A stretch of DNA of 64,000 nt from Escherichia coli. Lineage in GTDB: Bacteria; Pseudomonadota; Gammaproteobacteria; Enterobacterales; Enterobacteriaceae. Position 1 is the first letter of the stretch; every line of letters starts with the position of its first letter. Of the stretch, positions 35,874 through 47,072 are shown piece after piece. The stretch lies in the NCBI RefSeq assembly GCF_024700885.2, contig NZ_CP117016.1; one strand, 5' to 3'. The translations under genes were made by a program, and so were the position numbers. Below the pieces are notes generated by a model that was not told the DNA's origin, ran no database searches, and worked only from the letters and a program-made list of their open reading frames with translations.

Positions 35874-36691
35874 AGCCGGGAATTTATTTCGACATCAGCA
35901 ACGAAGACTACCACGCCGGGGACGGCGTGAGTAAGTCGCAACTGGACATGGTTGCCAAGAATCCGGCGCTTCTTAAATGGGTTCAGGCAGCACCAGAAGA
36001 CGAAGAGAAAAAGTCTGCACTGGATATGGGAACCGCATTGCACTGTCTGCTTCTGGAGCCTGGAGAATTCAACAAACGCTTCATTGTTTCACCGAAATTC
36101 GATCGTCGGACGAAACAAGGTAAAGCTGACGAAGAAGCATTTCTTCGTGATGTAGCGGATATGGGGATTACGGTACTTGATGCCGAGCAGTGGCGGAAAC
36201 TGGAGCTGATGCGTGATAGCGCAATGGCTCACCCGGCGGCACGCTGGATGCTGGAAGCACCTGGTTACTGCGAAGCATCAATGTACTGGAATGATGAAGA
36301 GACTGGTGAGTTGTGCCGCATTCGTCCAGACAAATGGCTGAACGAGCACAACGTGATCGTCGACGTGAAAAAGGTTGCAGATATGGACCGTTTTGCACGC
36401 CACATCGAGGAATTCCGCTACCACGTGCAGGACGCAATGTACCGCGAAGGAGCGATGAGGGTTACTGGTCAGTCGCATGGTTTTTTCTTTCTTGCCGTGA
36501 GCGAAAGCATTGATTGTGGTCGGTATCCGGTACGCGTGTTCGAGCTGGATGCGCCGGATGTCGATGCCGGGCACGCTCTGTTCCGCCGGGATCTGAATAC
36601 CTATCACGAATGCCGCATCAATGATGAATGGGGCGGCGTGGAAATTATTAAACGCCCTGACTGGGCACGTAAACAGGATATGTACGTATGA
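35870..36691 (+). CDS. PD-(D/E)XK recombination exonuclease (RecE C-terminal / DUF3799-like)
   Basis: N-terminal GIYFDISNEDYH and a D...(D/E)xK-like IVDVKKV. Directly upstream of, and overlapping, recT. Confidence 0.7.
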   Translation: MKPGIYFDISNEDYHAGDGVSKSQLDMVAKNPALLKWVQAAPEDEEKKSALDMGTALHCLLLEPGEFNKRFIVSPKFDRRTKQGKADEEAFLRDVADMGITVLDAEQWRKLELMRDSAMAHPAARWMLEAPGYCEASMYWNDEETGELCRIRPDKWLNEHNVIVDVKKVADMDRFARHIEEFRYHVQDAMYREGAMRVTGQSHGFFFLAVSESIDCGRYPVRVFELDAPDVDAGHALFRRDLNTYHECRINDEWGGVEIIKRPDWARKQDMYV

Positions 36692-37569
36692 GCAATGATA
36701 TCGCAATCACATCACAACCAGGCGCAACTGTAGGTACTGCTGCGGCAATCTTCAGCCCGGAGGGCATGAATCAACTGGTGCGTTTCGCGGAGTTGATGTC
36801 ACAAAGCAAAGCGACTGTACCGAAACATCTTGAAGGCAAACCTGCCGATTGTCTGGCGGTGACCATGCAGGCGGCACAGTGGGGAATGAACCCTTTCGCC
36901 GTGGCGCAGAAAACGCATGTGGTAAACGGAACGTTAGGCTACGAAGCACAGTTGGTAAACGCGGTCGTATCCTCTTCCAGCCTGCTAGCGACACGCCTGA
37001 ATTATCGCTGGAGCGGTGACTGGTCGAATGTTAACGGCAAAACAGATAAATCACCGAATCTGACGGTAACTGTGTCAGCAGTTCTTAAAGGAGAAGCAGA
37101 ACCCCGTGAGCTTACCATCAGTATGGCGCAAGCCGGAGTGCGTAACTCTCCATTGTGGGAACAGGATCCGCGCCAGCAGCTTGCCTATCTTTGCACGAAA
37201 CGATGGGCTCGCCTGCACGCTCCTGATGTACTTCTCGGTGTTTACACCCCTGACGAATTACAGGAAACGGCACCGCGCGTTGAGCGAGACATTACTCCGC
37301 AAACGACTACTGCTGCGGGAATGAACAGTCTGATCAACGCTAAACCAGTGAAAAAGCCTGATGAGCAAACGCGTAAAGCGGATAGCCGTGATCCAGAAGA
37401 AATGCTGATGGCCTTTACCAGCGCAGCGATGAATTACAGCACTGTCTCCGAACTGGATAAGGCTTACAAATACATTGCACAAAAACTTTCAGATGATGAC
37501 GAACTGCTGGCAAAAGCCACCGACGTTTACAGCGTTCGTCGGGAAGAATTAAACGAAACATCTATGTAA
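36688..37569 (+). CDS. recT: RecT-family single-strand annealing protein
   Basis: 293 aa. QLVRFAELMSQSKATVPKHLEGKPADCLAVTMQAAQWGMNPFAVAQKTHVVNGTLGYEAQL is typical of RecT. Confidence 0.85.
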   Translation: MSNDIAITSQPGATVGTAAAIFSPEGMNQLVRFAELMSQSKATVPKHLEGKPADCLAVTMQAAQWGMNPFAVAQKTHVVNGTLGYEAQLVNAVVSSSSLLATRLNYRWSGDWSNVNGKTDKSPNLTVTVSAVLKGEAEPRELTISMAQAGVRNSPLWEQDPRQQLAYLCTKRWARLHAPDVLLGVYTPDELQETAPRVERDITPQTTTAAGMNSLINAKPVKKPDEQTRKADSRDPEEMLMAFTSAAMNYSTVSELDKAYKYIAQKLSDDDELLAKATDVYSVRREELNETSM

Positions 37570-37618
37570 CCACCACCGCGGCGCCACGCGCGCCGCACTG
37601 CAACCAAGAGAGGTATTT

Positions 37619-37867
37619 ATGAAAGGTGCATTAGGTAAGAAGGAACTCCTGGCGGTGGTGCCACTGTCATGGAGCACTATCGACCGTATGGAGCGCGCAG
37701 GGGAATTTCCTAAACGCTGGTATATCACCGATAAACGCTGCGCATGGAACCGTGATGAAGTTGAGCGTTGGCTTGATGAACGTCAGGCAGCAAGCCCGGC
37801 AGAGTTCCAGGGTAAAAAACCTCCTGTTCAGCAACGTGTATATCGTCCTGTGAGCAACGCGGCATGA
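37619..37867 (+). CDS. AlpA-family HTH protein (excisionase/regulator)
   Basis: 82 aa; the pattern ...STIDRMERAGEFPKR...W...EVERWL fits AlpA/Xis-type MerR-like HTH. Confidence 0.65.
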   Translation: MKGALGKKELLAVVPLSWSTIDRMERAGEFPKRWYITDKRCAWNRDEVERWLDERQAASPAEFQGKKPPVQQRVYRPVSNAA

Positions 37868-38009
37868 GTGTGCTGCTAAGGCACTGGAGCAAATGGTCAG
37901 GATGGTACTTATTCCTGGCCTCTGTTTCAGCATGGCTTTATCTGCTGGCATTAATTTTCAGAGAGGGTTGGATTAAGTGAGAAAGTTAAGCCGACTTGAA
38001 AAATATCAC

Positions 38010-38276
38010 ATGAACAAGGTTTCAATGCGCAGCCCTTCAAAGGTTGTTGCCGTTACTCCTGCGGCGATAGAGATCGAAAAACGCGCGATTGAAAGAGAGA
38101 AAAAAGGGCAGTTCCGCATTGCCGCCCACCTTTGGCTTCAGTGTATGGATGTTGCTTCTGGTGATGTTGAACGTGCAAGGATCGCGGTTCGCAGGGACCA
38201 ATGTATCACAAAAGGTAACGGCCTTCGCCGTGGCGACTATAGCGGCATAGGATGTTGTGGGGTGGTTTATGACTAA
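38010..38276 (+). CDS. PerC/ANR-like small regulator
   Basis: IEKRAIEREKKGQFRIAAHLWLQCMDV...ERARIAVRRDQCI follows the LE..G..R.AA..W...ER..I..RR.QC pattern I recall for PerC/Pch proteins. Start uncertain (GTG 37977 or ATG 38010). Confidence 0.4.
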   Translation: MNKVSMRSPSKVVAVTPAAIEIEKRAIEREKKGQFRIAAHLWLQCMDVASGDVERARIAVRRDQCITKGNGLRRGDYSGIGCCGVVYD

Positions 38277-38919
38277 GAAATACACACTAATCTATGCAGA
38301 TCCACCCTGGGCATACCGGGACAAAGCCACAGATGGTAATCGCGGTGCCGGTTTTAAATATCCGGTTATGAGTGTGCTGGATATCTGCCGCCTTCCTGTG
38401 TGGGATTTGGCCGGTGAAAACTGTCTGTTGGCCATGTGGTGGGTGCCAACACAACCACTCGAAGCACTAAAAGTTGTTGAAGCCTGGGGATTCCGTCTGA
38501 TGACCATGAAGGGCTTCACGTGGATAAAATGTGGTAGTCGACAACCAGATAAACTGGTTATGGGGATGGGACACATGACTCGCGCCAACAGTGAAGATTG
38601 CCTGTTTGCGGTAAAGGGAAAACTACCTCCGCGCATTAATGCAGGTATCGTTCAGTCATTTACCGCACCGCGGCTTGAGCATTCAAGAAAACCAGATGTC
38701 GTTCGTGAAAAACTTGTGCAATTGTTAGGCGATGTTTCTCGCATTGAACTGTTCGCCCGCCAGTCGTCTCATGGCTTCGATGTTTGGGGTAATCAGTGCG
38801 AAGACCCGGCAGTGCAACTACACCCAGGATACGCGTTGGATATTGCCGGATTAACAAATGCATTCAGCAATGCTCCGCTGTCACCAACAGACAACCAGGG
38901 GCGGGAGCGTGCAGCATGA
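38269..38919 (+). CDS. MT-A70-family N6-adenine DNA methyltransferase (orphan)
   Basis: DPPW catalytic motif (IYADPPWAY). ATG 38269 is preceded by GGGGTGG. Confidence 0.8.
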   Translation: MTKKYTLIYADPPWAYRDKATDGNRGAGFKYPVMSVLDICRLPVWDLAGENCLLAMWWVPTQPLEALKVVEAWGFRLMTMKGFTWIKCGSRQPDKLVMGMGHMTRANSEDCLFAVKGKLPPRINAGIVQSFTAPRLEHSRKPDVVREKLVQLLGDVSRIELFARQSSHGFDVWGNQCEDPAVQLHPGYALDIAGLTNAFSNAPLSPTDNQGRERAA

Positions 38920-39110
38920 ACAGGGCATCACCAGCAGATTTAAGGAAATGCCTTGAAACTGCAAACATGCTTGCACACAGCGGGATCAGGTTTGTTCCAA
39001 TTCCCGCTGTCACTGATGCTGAATTTGCAACACTGTCAGCAATATTCACAGATAAAATTGAATCACTGGCAGCAGAAGCCGAGATGGAAGAAAATCAGCA
39101 GAACTATTAA
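38916..39110 (+). CDS. hypothetical small protein
   Basis: 64 aa from ATG 38916, which overlaps the methylase stop (ATGA). Confidence 0.5.
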   Translation: MNRASPADLRKCLETANMLAHSGIRFVPIPAVTDAEFATLSAIFTDKIESLAAEAEMEENQQNY

Positions 39111-39113
39111 ACG

Positions 39114-40364
39114 TTATTCCCCCGCCATCCACTTCTCAAACTTCGACGGGGAGAACGGAATCAGATCCGTATGCTCCCCGTTAATCCAGGAATCAATCAT
39201 ATCGGCCCACTGCTGCAACATGTAGGCGCGCTGTCTGGCGTATTCCGCTTTGTTATATACGGCGCGCACACCTTTCTGCTCATGTGCCAGAGCCTTTTCA
39301 ATCCAGTCTGAAGGATAACCAGCCTCATGCAACAACGTACTGGCTGTACGGCGCATATCGTGTACGGTGAAGTCCTGAATATGCTCACCATCTTCATTTA
39401 TTATTTTCACCGTTCTGTCGATCAGAGAGTTCAGCGCGGCATTAGATAATGGCTTCCGGAAATTGTAACGACCAGGAACCAGATATTCACTTCCACCAGC
39501 GCACATCTGCAACCCGACCAATATATCCTGAACCTGTTTAGGCAGGTAAATAACATGCGCCCGGCTTCCCTTCATGCGGTCTGAAGGAATTGTCCATGTC
39601 CATTTTTTAAAATCTATTTCATCCCACGTTGCATTGGTGAATTCGCCCTTACGAACCATAGTGATAAGCACCAGTTTTAAAGCCATTTTCATAGTGCCCA
39701 TAGCACCAATGGCATCCAACGTGCGGAAGAACAGGCCAATTTCTTCTGGTGTCAGTGTTCGCTCTCGTGGTTTAAATATGGCGATAGACGAAGGTTTAAT
39801 GTCAGCCGCAGGATTAAACAAACCATGACCACGGTCATTGGCGTGACGGTATACGCTGCTGATGATCTCCCTGGCCTGTACTGCTGTTGCCCGACCACCG
39901 CGTTCGACAATCCGGTCACACAAATCACGAACCATCGATGTGGTAATTTCAGCCATCATTTTGTTGCCAAGAACCGGAAGTATGTCACGGTCGATCACCG
40001 CCTGCTTCATTGCGCGGGTACTGTCAGCCAGGATGACGTGTTTCATATAACTGTCGGTATGTACCGCAAACGTCTCGGCACCACGAATTTTTTTGATACC
40101 GTCACGTTTAGCCGCAGCCGGCGACTGGCCTGCTTTAAGCAGCTTCTTTGCAGCAATCAGTTCTTCTCGCGCTTCTGCCAGGCTGATACCGTCACGCCCA
40201 TACTGCCCGATTACCAGTGTTTCGCGGCGACCGTTGATACGGTAGTCATAGCGAAACGAGACCGTGCCTGACGTAAGCACAGCTACATACAGCCCGTCAC
40301 GATCGGAGACCTTGTACAGTTTGTCCTGCGGCTTGAGGTTTTTTAATTTTGTATCGGTAAGCAC
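39114..40364 (-). CDS. int: tyrosine integrase, P4-like
   Basis: 416 aa. N-terminal MLTDTKLKNLKP..LYKVSD..GLYV arm-binding-type domain. C-terminal catalytic residues R...HDMRRT...H...Y. Confidence 0.9.
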   Translation of the reverse strand: MLTDTKLKNLKPQDKLYKVSDRDGLYVAVLTSGTVSFRYDYRINGRRETLVIGQYGRDGISLAEAREELIAAKKLLKAGQSPAAAKRDGIKKIRGAETFAVHTDSYMKHVILADSTRAMKQAVIDRDILPVLGNKMMAEITTSMVRDLCDRIVERGGRATAVQAREIISSVYRHANDRGHGLFNPAADIKPSSIAIFKPRERTLTPEEIGLFFRTLDAIGAMGTMKMALKLVLITMVRKGEFTNATWDEIDFKKWTWTIPSDRMKGSRAHVIYLPKQVQDILVGLQMCAGGSEYLVPGRYNFRKPLSNAALNSLIDRTVKIINEDGEHIQDFTVHDMRRTASTLLHEAGYPSDWIEKALAHEQKGVRAVYNKAEYARQRAYMLQQWADMIDSWINGEHTDLIPFSPSKFEKWMAGE

Positions 40365-40406
40365 AATTCACCCGTATAGAAACCATTTTCATGACGGTAT
40401 GAGAGT

Positions 40407-40421
40407 ATACCTTTAAGGTAA
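40407..40421. promoter_or_regulatory. imperfect operator ATACCTTTAAGGTAA nested in a larger palindrome upstream of int
   Basis: Flanked by TGACGGTAT (40392-40400) and ATACCGTCA (40421-40429). Confidence 0.4.
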
Positions 40422-40477
40422 TACCGTCACCTGTACCGCCGAAAAATATGGTGTAGAGTGAATAGAAATGAATACAT

Positions 40478-40510
40478 AAAAACAAAAACCCCCTGCAAAA
40501 ACAGAGGGTT
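40478..40510 (-). terminator. phage-supplied rho-independent terminator for guaA
   Basis: Minus strand reads CCCTCTG-tttttg-CAGGGGG-TTTTTGTTTTT, about 50 nt after the guaA stop. Confidence 0.55.
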
Positions 40511-40554
40511 GAGTTGGCATCTGAATAGGAATGATTTGCTATGAGTTAGCTGTT

Positions 40555-40571
40555 AATCATTCCCACTCAAT
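40555..40571. repeat. attR core (aatcaTtcccactcaat)
   Basis: Direct repeat of 1539-1555. Contains the guaA stop codon and last four codons. Confidence 0.7.
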
Positions 40572-42134
40572 GGTAGCTGGCGGCTTGCCGCTGATGTCAT
40601 ACACCACGCGGGAAATACCGTTCACTTCATTGATAATGCGGTTGGAAACGCGACCGAGGAAATCGTACGGCAGATGCGCCCAGTGTGCGGTCATAAAGTC
40701 GATGGTTTCGACAGCACGCAGAGAAACAACCCAGTCATACTTACGACCATCGCCCATTACACCAACGGAACGTACCGGCAGGAAGACGGTGAACGCCTGG
40801 CTGACTTTGTCGTACAGGTCCGCTTTACGCAGTTCTTCAATAAAGATGGCGTCAGCACGGCGCAGCAGGTCGCAGTACTCTTTCTTCACTTCGCCCAGTA
40901 CACGAACGCCGAGGCCTGGTCCCGGGAACGGGTGACGGTACAGCATGTCGTACGGCAGGCCCAGCTCCAGACCAATCTTACGCACTTCGTCTTTGAACAG
41001 CTCTTTCAGCGGTTCAACCAGCCCCATCTTCATCTCTTTCGGCAGGCCGCCCACGTTGTGGTGAGATTTGATGACGTGTGCTTTACCGGTTGCAGACGCC
41101 GCAGATTCGATAACGTCAGGGTAGATAGTACCCTGCGCCAGCCACTTCACGTCTTCCAGTTTCAGCGCTTCTTCATCGAATACTTCAACGAAAACGCGCC
41201 CGATGATTTTACGTTTTGCTTCCGGATCGTTTTCGCCGGCCAACGCTGACAGGAAGCGATCTTCTGCCGGAACGTGAACAATGTTCAGACCAAAGTGATC
41301 GCCAAACATATCCAGAACCTGCTCTGCTTCGTTGAGACGCAGCAGGCCGTTGTCGACGAATACGCAAGTCAGGTTTTTACCGATAGCGCGGTGCAGCAGC
41401 ATTGCGGTTACGGAGGAATCCACACCACCAGAGAGGCCGAGGATGACTTTATCGTCGCCTACCTGCTCGCGGATGCGAGCTACAGCATCGTCGATAATTT
41501 TCGCTGGCGTCCACAGGGCTTCACACTGGCAGATATCTCGCACAAAGCGCTCCAGCATGCGCATACCCTGGCGGGTGTGAGTCACTTCCGGGTGGAACTG
41601 TACGCCATAGAAGCGTTTTTCTTCGTTAGCCATAATGGCAAACGGGCAGCTTTCGGTGCTGGCTACGGTGACGAAGTCGGACGGGATAGCGGTAACTTTA
41701 TCGCCGTGGCTCATCCAGACATCGAGCAGAGGTTTACCGTCTGCGGTCAGAGCATCTTCAATACCGCGAACCAGTGCGCTGTCGTTTACGACTTCAACCT
41801 GCGCGTAGCCAAATTCACGTTCGTTAGAGGCTTCAACGTGACCGCCCAACTGCATTGCCATGGTCTGCATGCCATAGCAAACGCCGAATACCGGTACGCC
41901 TGCTTCAAAAACATACTGCGGCGCACGCGGGCTGTTTTCTTCGGTGGTGCTTTCCGGGCCGCCGGAAAGAATAATGCCGCTTGGGTTGAAGTCACGAATT
42001 TGTGCTTCTGTCACATCCCACGCCCACAGTTCGCAGTAAACGCCCAGCTCACGCACGCGGCGCGCAACCAGTTGAGTATACTGGGAACCGAAGTCCAGAA
42101 TGAGGATGCGATGCTTATGAATGTTTTCCGTCAT
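40557..42134 (-). CDS. guaA: GMP synthase (glutamine-hydrolysing)
   Basis: 525 aa with an N-terminal class-I amidotransferase domain and the SGGVDSS ATP-pyrophosphatase motif. Ends ...PATIEWE. Confidence 0.95.
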   Translation of the reverse strand: MTENIHKHRILILDFGSQYTQLVARRVRELGVYCELWAWDVTEAQIRDFNPSGIILSGGPESTTEENSPRAPQYVFEAGVPVFGVCYGMQTMAMQLGGHVEASNEREFGYAQVEVVNDSALVRGIEDALTADGKPLLDVWMSHGDKVTAIPSDFVTVASTESCPFAIMANEEKRFYGVQFHPEVTHTRQGMRMLERFVRDICQCEALWTPAKIIDDAVARIREQVGDDKVILGLSGGVDSSVTAMLLHRAIGKNLTCVFVDNGLLRLNEAEQVLDMFGDHFGLNIVHVPAEDRFLSALAGENDPEAKRKIIGRVFVEVFDEEALKLEDVKWLAQGTIYPDVIESAASATGKAHVIKSHHNVGGLPKEMKMGLVEPLKELFKDEVRKIGLELGLPYDMLYRHPFPGPGLGVRVLGEVKKEYCDLLRRADAIFIEELRKADLYDKVSQAFTVFLPVRSVGVMGDGRKYDWVVSLRAVETIDFMTAHWAHLPYDFLGRVSNRIINEVNGISRVVYDISGKPPATIEWE

Positions 42135-42202
42135 TGACGCTTATTCCGAGGCAAGTGAAACAGATAATATAAATCGCCCGACATGAAGTCGGGCGAAGAG
42201 AA

Positions 42203-43669
42203 TCAGGAGCCCAGACGGTAGTTCGGGGACTCTTTAGTAATGGTCACGTCGTGAACGTGGCTTTCCTGAATGCCCGCACCGCTGATACGTACAAACTCCG
42301 CTTTAGTACGCAGTTCGTCGATAGTACCACAGCCGGTCAGGCCCATACAGGAGCGCAGGCCGCCCATCTGCTGGTGAATGATCTCTTTCAGGCGACCTTT
42401 ATAAGCTACGCGACCTTCGATACCTTCCGGCACCAGTTTGTCGGCAGCGTTATCGCTCTGGAAATAACGGTCAGAAGAACCTTTGGACATCGCGCCCAGG
42501 GAACCCATACCACGGTAAGATTTGTAAGAACGGCCCTGGTAGAGTTCAATTTCTCCCGGAGATTCTTCAGTACCTGCCAGCATGGAACCCACCATTACCG
42601 CGCTTGCGCCAGCGGCGATAGCTTTGGCGATATCGCCTGAGAAACGGATACCACCGTCAGCGATAACCGGAATACCGGTGCCTTCCAGGGCTTCTACTGC
42701 ATCAGCAACGGCGGTGATCTGCGGAACACCTACGCCAGTCACGATACGAGTCGTACAGATAGAGCCAGGGCCGATACCGACTTTAACCGCGCTGCAACCA
42801 GCTTCTGCCAGAGCGCGTGCCCCCGCAGCTGTTGCCACGTTGCCGCCGATGATTTGCAGATCCGGATATTTAGCACGAGTTTCACGGATACGCTGCAGAA
42901 CGCCTTCAGAGTGACCGTGAGAGGAGTCGATCAGCAGAACGTCAACGCCTGCGGCAACCAGCGCATCAACACGTTCTTCGTTACCCGCACCTGCGCCAAC
43001 CGCTGCACCAACACGCAGACGACCTTGTTCGTCTTTACAGGCGTTCGGTTTACGTTCTGCTTTCTGGAAATCTTTCACGGTGATCATGCCGATCAGGTGG
43101 AATTCGTCATCAACCACCAGCGCCTTTTCAACGCGTTTTTCGTGCATTTTTGCCAGCACCACTTCACGGGCTTCGCCTTCACGCACGGTGACCAGACGCT
43201 CTTTCGGCGTCATGTAAACGCTAACCGGTTGATTCAGATCGGTCACAAAACGCACGTCACGACCGGTGATGATGCCGACCAGTTCGTTTTCTTCGGTAAC
43301 GACCGGGTAACCCGCAAAGCCGTTACGTTCAGTCAGTTCTTTCACTTCGCGCAGCGTCGTGGTTGGCAAAACAGTCTGCGGGTCAGTTACCACGCCAGAT
43401 TCGTGTTTTTTCACACGGCGAACTTCTTCTGCCTGGCGTTCAATGGACATGTTTTTGTGGATAAAGCCGATACCGCCTTCCTGAGCCAGAGCAATAGCCA
43501 GGCGCGCTTCCGTTACGGTATCCATTGCTGCGGAAAGCATAGGGATATTCAGACGAATAGTTTTCGTCAGCTGGGTGCTGAGGTCAGCAGTATTCGGCAG
43601 AACGGTAGAATGAGCAGGAACGAGGAGAACGTCGTCAAACGTCAGAGCTTCTTTAGCGATACGTAGCAT
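42203..43669 (-). CDS. guaB: IMP dehydrogenase
   Basis: Start at [18 protein letters not shown] (488 aa). CBS pair and catalytic loop [11 protein letters not shown]. Confidence 0.95.
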
Positions 43670-43800
43670 GGGCAATATCTCGACCAGAGTGGTTAATAAA
43701 TATTGCCGCGGCATTATACAGAGCGTAACCGATTGCATCTACCCCTTTTTGCAAAAAATGCTTGCTATCCCCGGAGGGCGGGTTACTATCGACTGAATAA

Positions 43801-45413
<1,613 letters not shown>

Positions 45414-45482
45414 ATGAATTCCTCCGGTAGCCATTCCCTCTACATTTATAGAGGGAATGGCAGATAAAATACTTACGGATAA

Positions 45483-46955
45483 TTATTTATTTTTCTTGAT
45501 ATGCTTCATCAGGCGCTTACGCTTGCGCATCTGGGTTGGCGTCAGGGTATTACGCTTGTTCGCATACGGGTTTTCCCCTTCTTTGAACTGAATACGAATC
45601 GGCGATCCCATTACGTCCAGCGATTTGCGGAAGTAGTTCATCAGGTAACGCTTGTAGGAATCAGGCAGGTCTTTCACCTGGTTACCGTGAATCACCACAA
45701 TCGGCGGGTTATAACCACCGGCGTGGGCATATTTCAGCTTCACACGACGACCGCGTACCAGCGGCGGTTGGTGATCTTCAACAGCCATCGTCATGATGCG
45801 CGTCAGCATAGAGGTCCCCACACGACGGGTGGAGCTGTCATACGCTTCACGTACTGATTCAAACAGGTTACCAACACCACTGCCGTGCAAGGCTGAGATA
45901 AAATGCACACGAGCAAAATCGATAAAGCCCAGACGGAAGTCCAGCGTTTCTTTCACCTGCTCTTTCACTTCCTGGCTCAGGCCATCCCACTTATTCACCA
46001 CAATGACAAGTGAGCGCCCACTATTGAGAATAAAGCCCAGCAGGGAGAGATCCTGATCGGAAATACCTTCGCGCGCATCAATCACCAACATCACCACGTT
46101 GGCATCTTCAATGGCCTGCAACGTTTTGATTACCGAGAATTTCTCTACAGCATCGGTGATTTTGCCGCGTTTACGTACGCCTGCGGTGTCAATGAGCACA
46201 TACTCACGTCCATCGCGCTCCATTGGAATGTAGATACTGTCACGCGTCGTGCCAGGCATGTCGTAAACAACAACGCGCTCTTCACCAAGAATACGGTTAG
46301 TGAGTGTAGACTTACCTACGTTCGGACGACCCACAATCGCCAGTTTGATCGGCAGACTTTGCGGGTCGAAGTCATCTTCCTCTTCTTCTTCGCCGTTTTC
46401 TTCTGCTTCAAATTGCGCCCAGTATTCAGCATCTTCGTCGACTTCTTCTTGCGGTGCGAGATCTTCCATCCACGGCAGCAGCACGTGCTCCAGCAGACTT
46501 AATACGCCACGACCGTGAGACGCGGCGATCGGGTAGATTTCCCCTAAACCAAGCGAGTAGAAATCAACCACTGCCTGATCGGGATCCAGACCGTCAGTTT
46601 TGTTTGCCACCAGGAAGGTCGGTTTTTCACGGGAGCGCAGATGTTTAGCAATCGCTTCATCCGCCGGCATCAGGCCCGCGCGCGCATCCACCATAAACAG
46701 TACGACGTCCGCTTCTTCAATCGCCAGCAGCGACTGTTCCGCCATGCGGGTTTCTACACCGTCTTCTGTGCCATCAATCCCGCCGGTATCAATGCAGATA
46801 AACTCACGGCCTTCAATTTCTGCACGACCGTACTTACGGTCACGAGTCAGACCCGGGAAATCCGCAACCAGCGCATCTCGGGTGCGAGTTAGACGGTTAA
46901 ATAACGTGGATTTTCCTACGTTAGGGCGCCCGACAAGCGCGACCACAGGTACCAT
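45483..46955 (-). CDS. der: ribosome-associated GTPase Der (EngA)
   Basis: 490 aa from [16 protein letters not shown]. Second G-domain at [10 protein letters not shown]. Lys-rich C-terminus. Confidence 0.95.
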
Positions 46956-47072
46956 GTTTAAAGCCTCATTTTTATAAATCATCAGACAACGCACGCTATA
47001 TTCGTGTCGTTGTTAAAAACAGGAAAACGGCCCCTGTCCAGGAGCCGTTTTCAAAGTGAACGACAGAGACGA

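Larger units (their letters stand above)
1539..40571. mobile_element. complete integrated podoviral prophage (epsilon15/phiV10/SPN1S-like gene order), ~39 kb
   Basis: Bounded by a 17-bp direct repeat (1539-1555 and 40555-40571), with integrase at the right end. Full lysis, tail, head, packaging, replication, immunity and recombination modules lie in between. Flanking genes yfgI and guaA are, as I recall, adjacent in K-12. Confidence 0.9.

Noticed and set aside
38269-38919. MT-A70 methyltransferase as part of a restriction-modification or other defence system
   Set aside because: There is no adjacent endonuclease, specificity subunit or ATPase. The neighbours are a small regulator and a 64-aa protein. 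It is most simply an orphan anti-restriction or epigenetic methylase, as is common in temperate phages.
40531-43666. Many long + strand ORFs antisense to guaA and guaB (for example 41274-42137, 42854-43666); similar ones lie opposite der, hisS, ispG, rlmN, pbpC and yfhM
   Set aside because: These are typical stop-poor shadow frames of highly expressed GC-balanced genes, with Arg/His/Phe-rich compositions and no RBSs.
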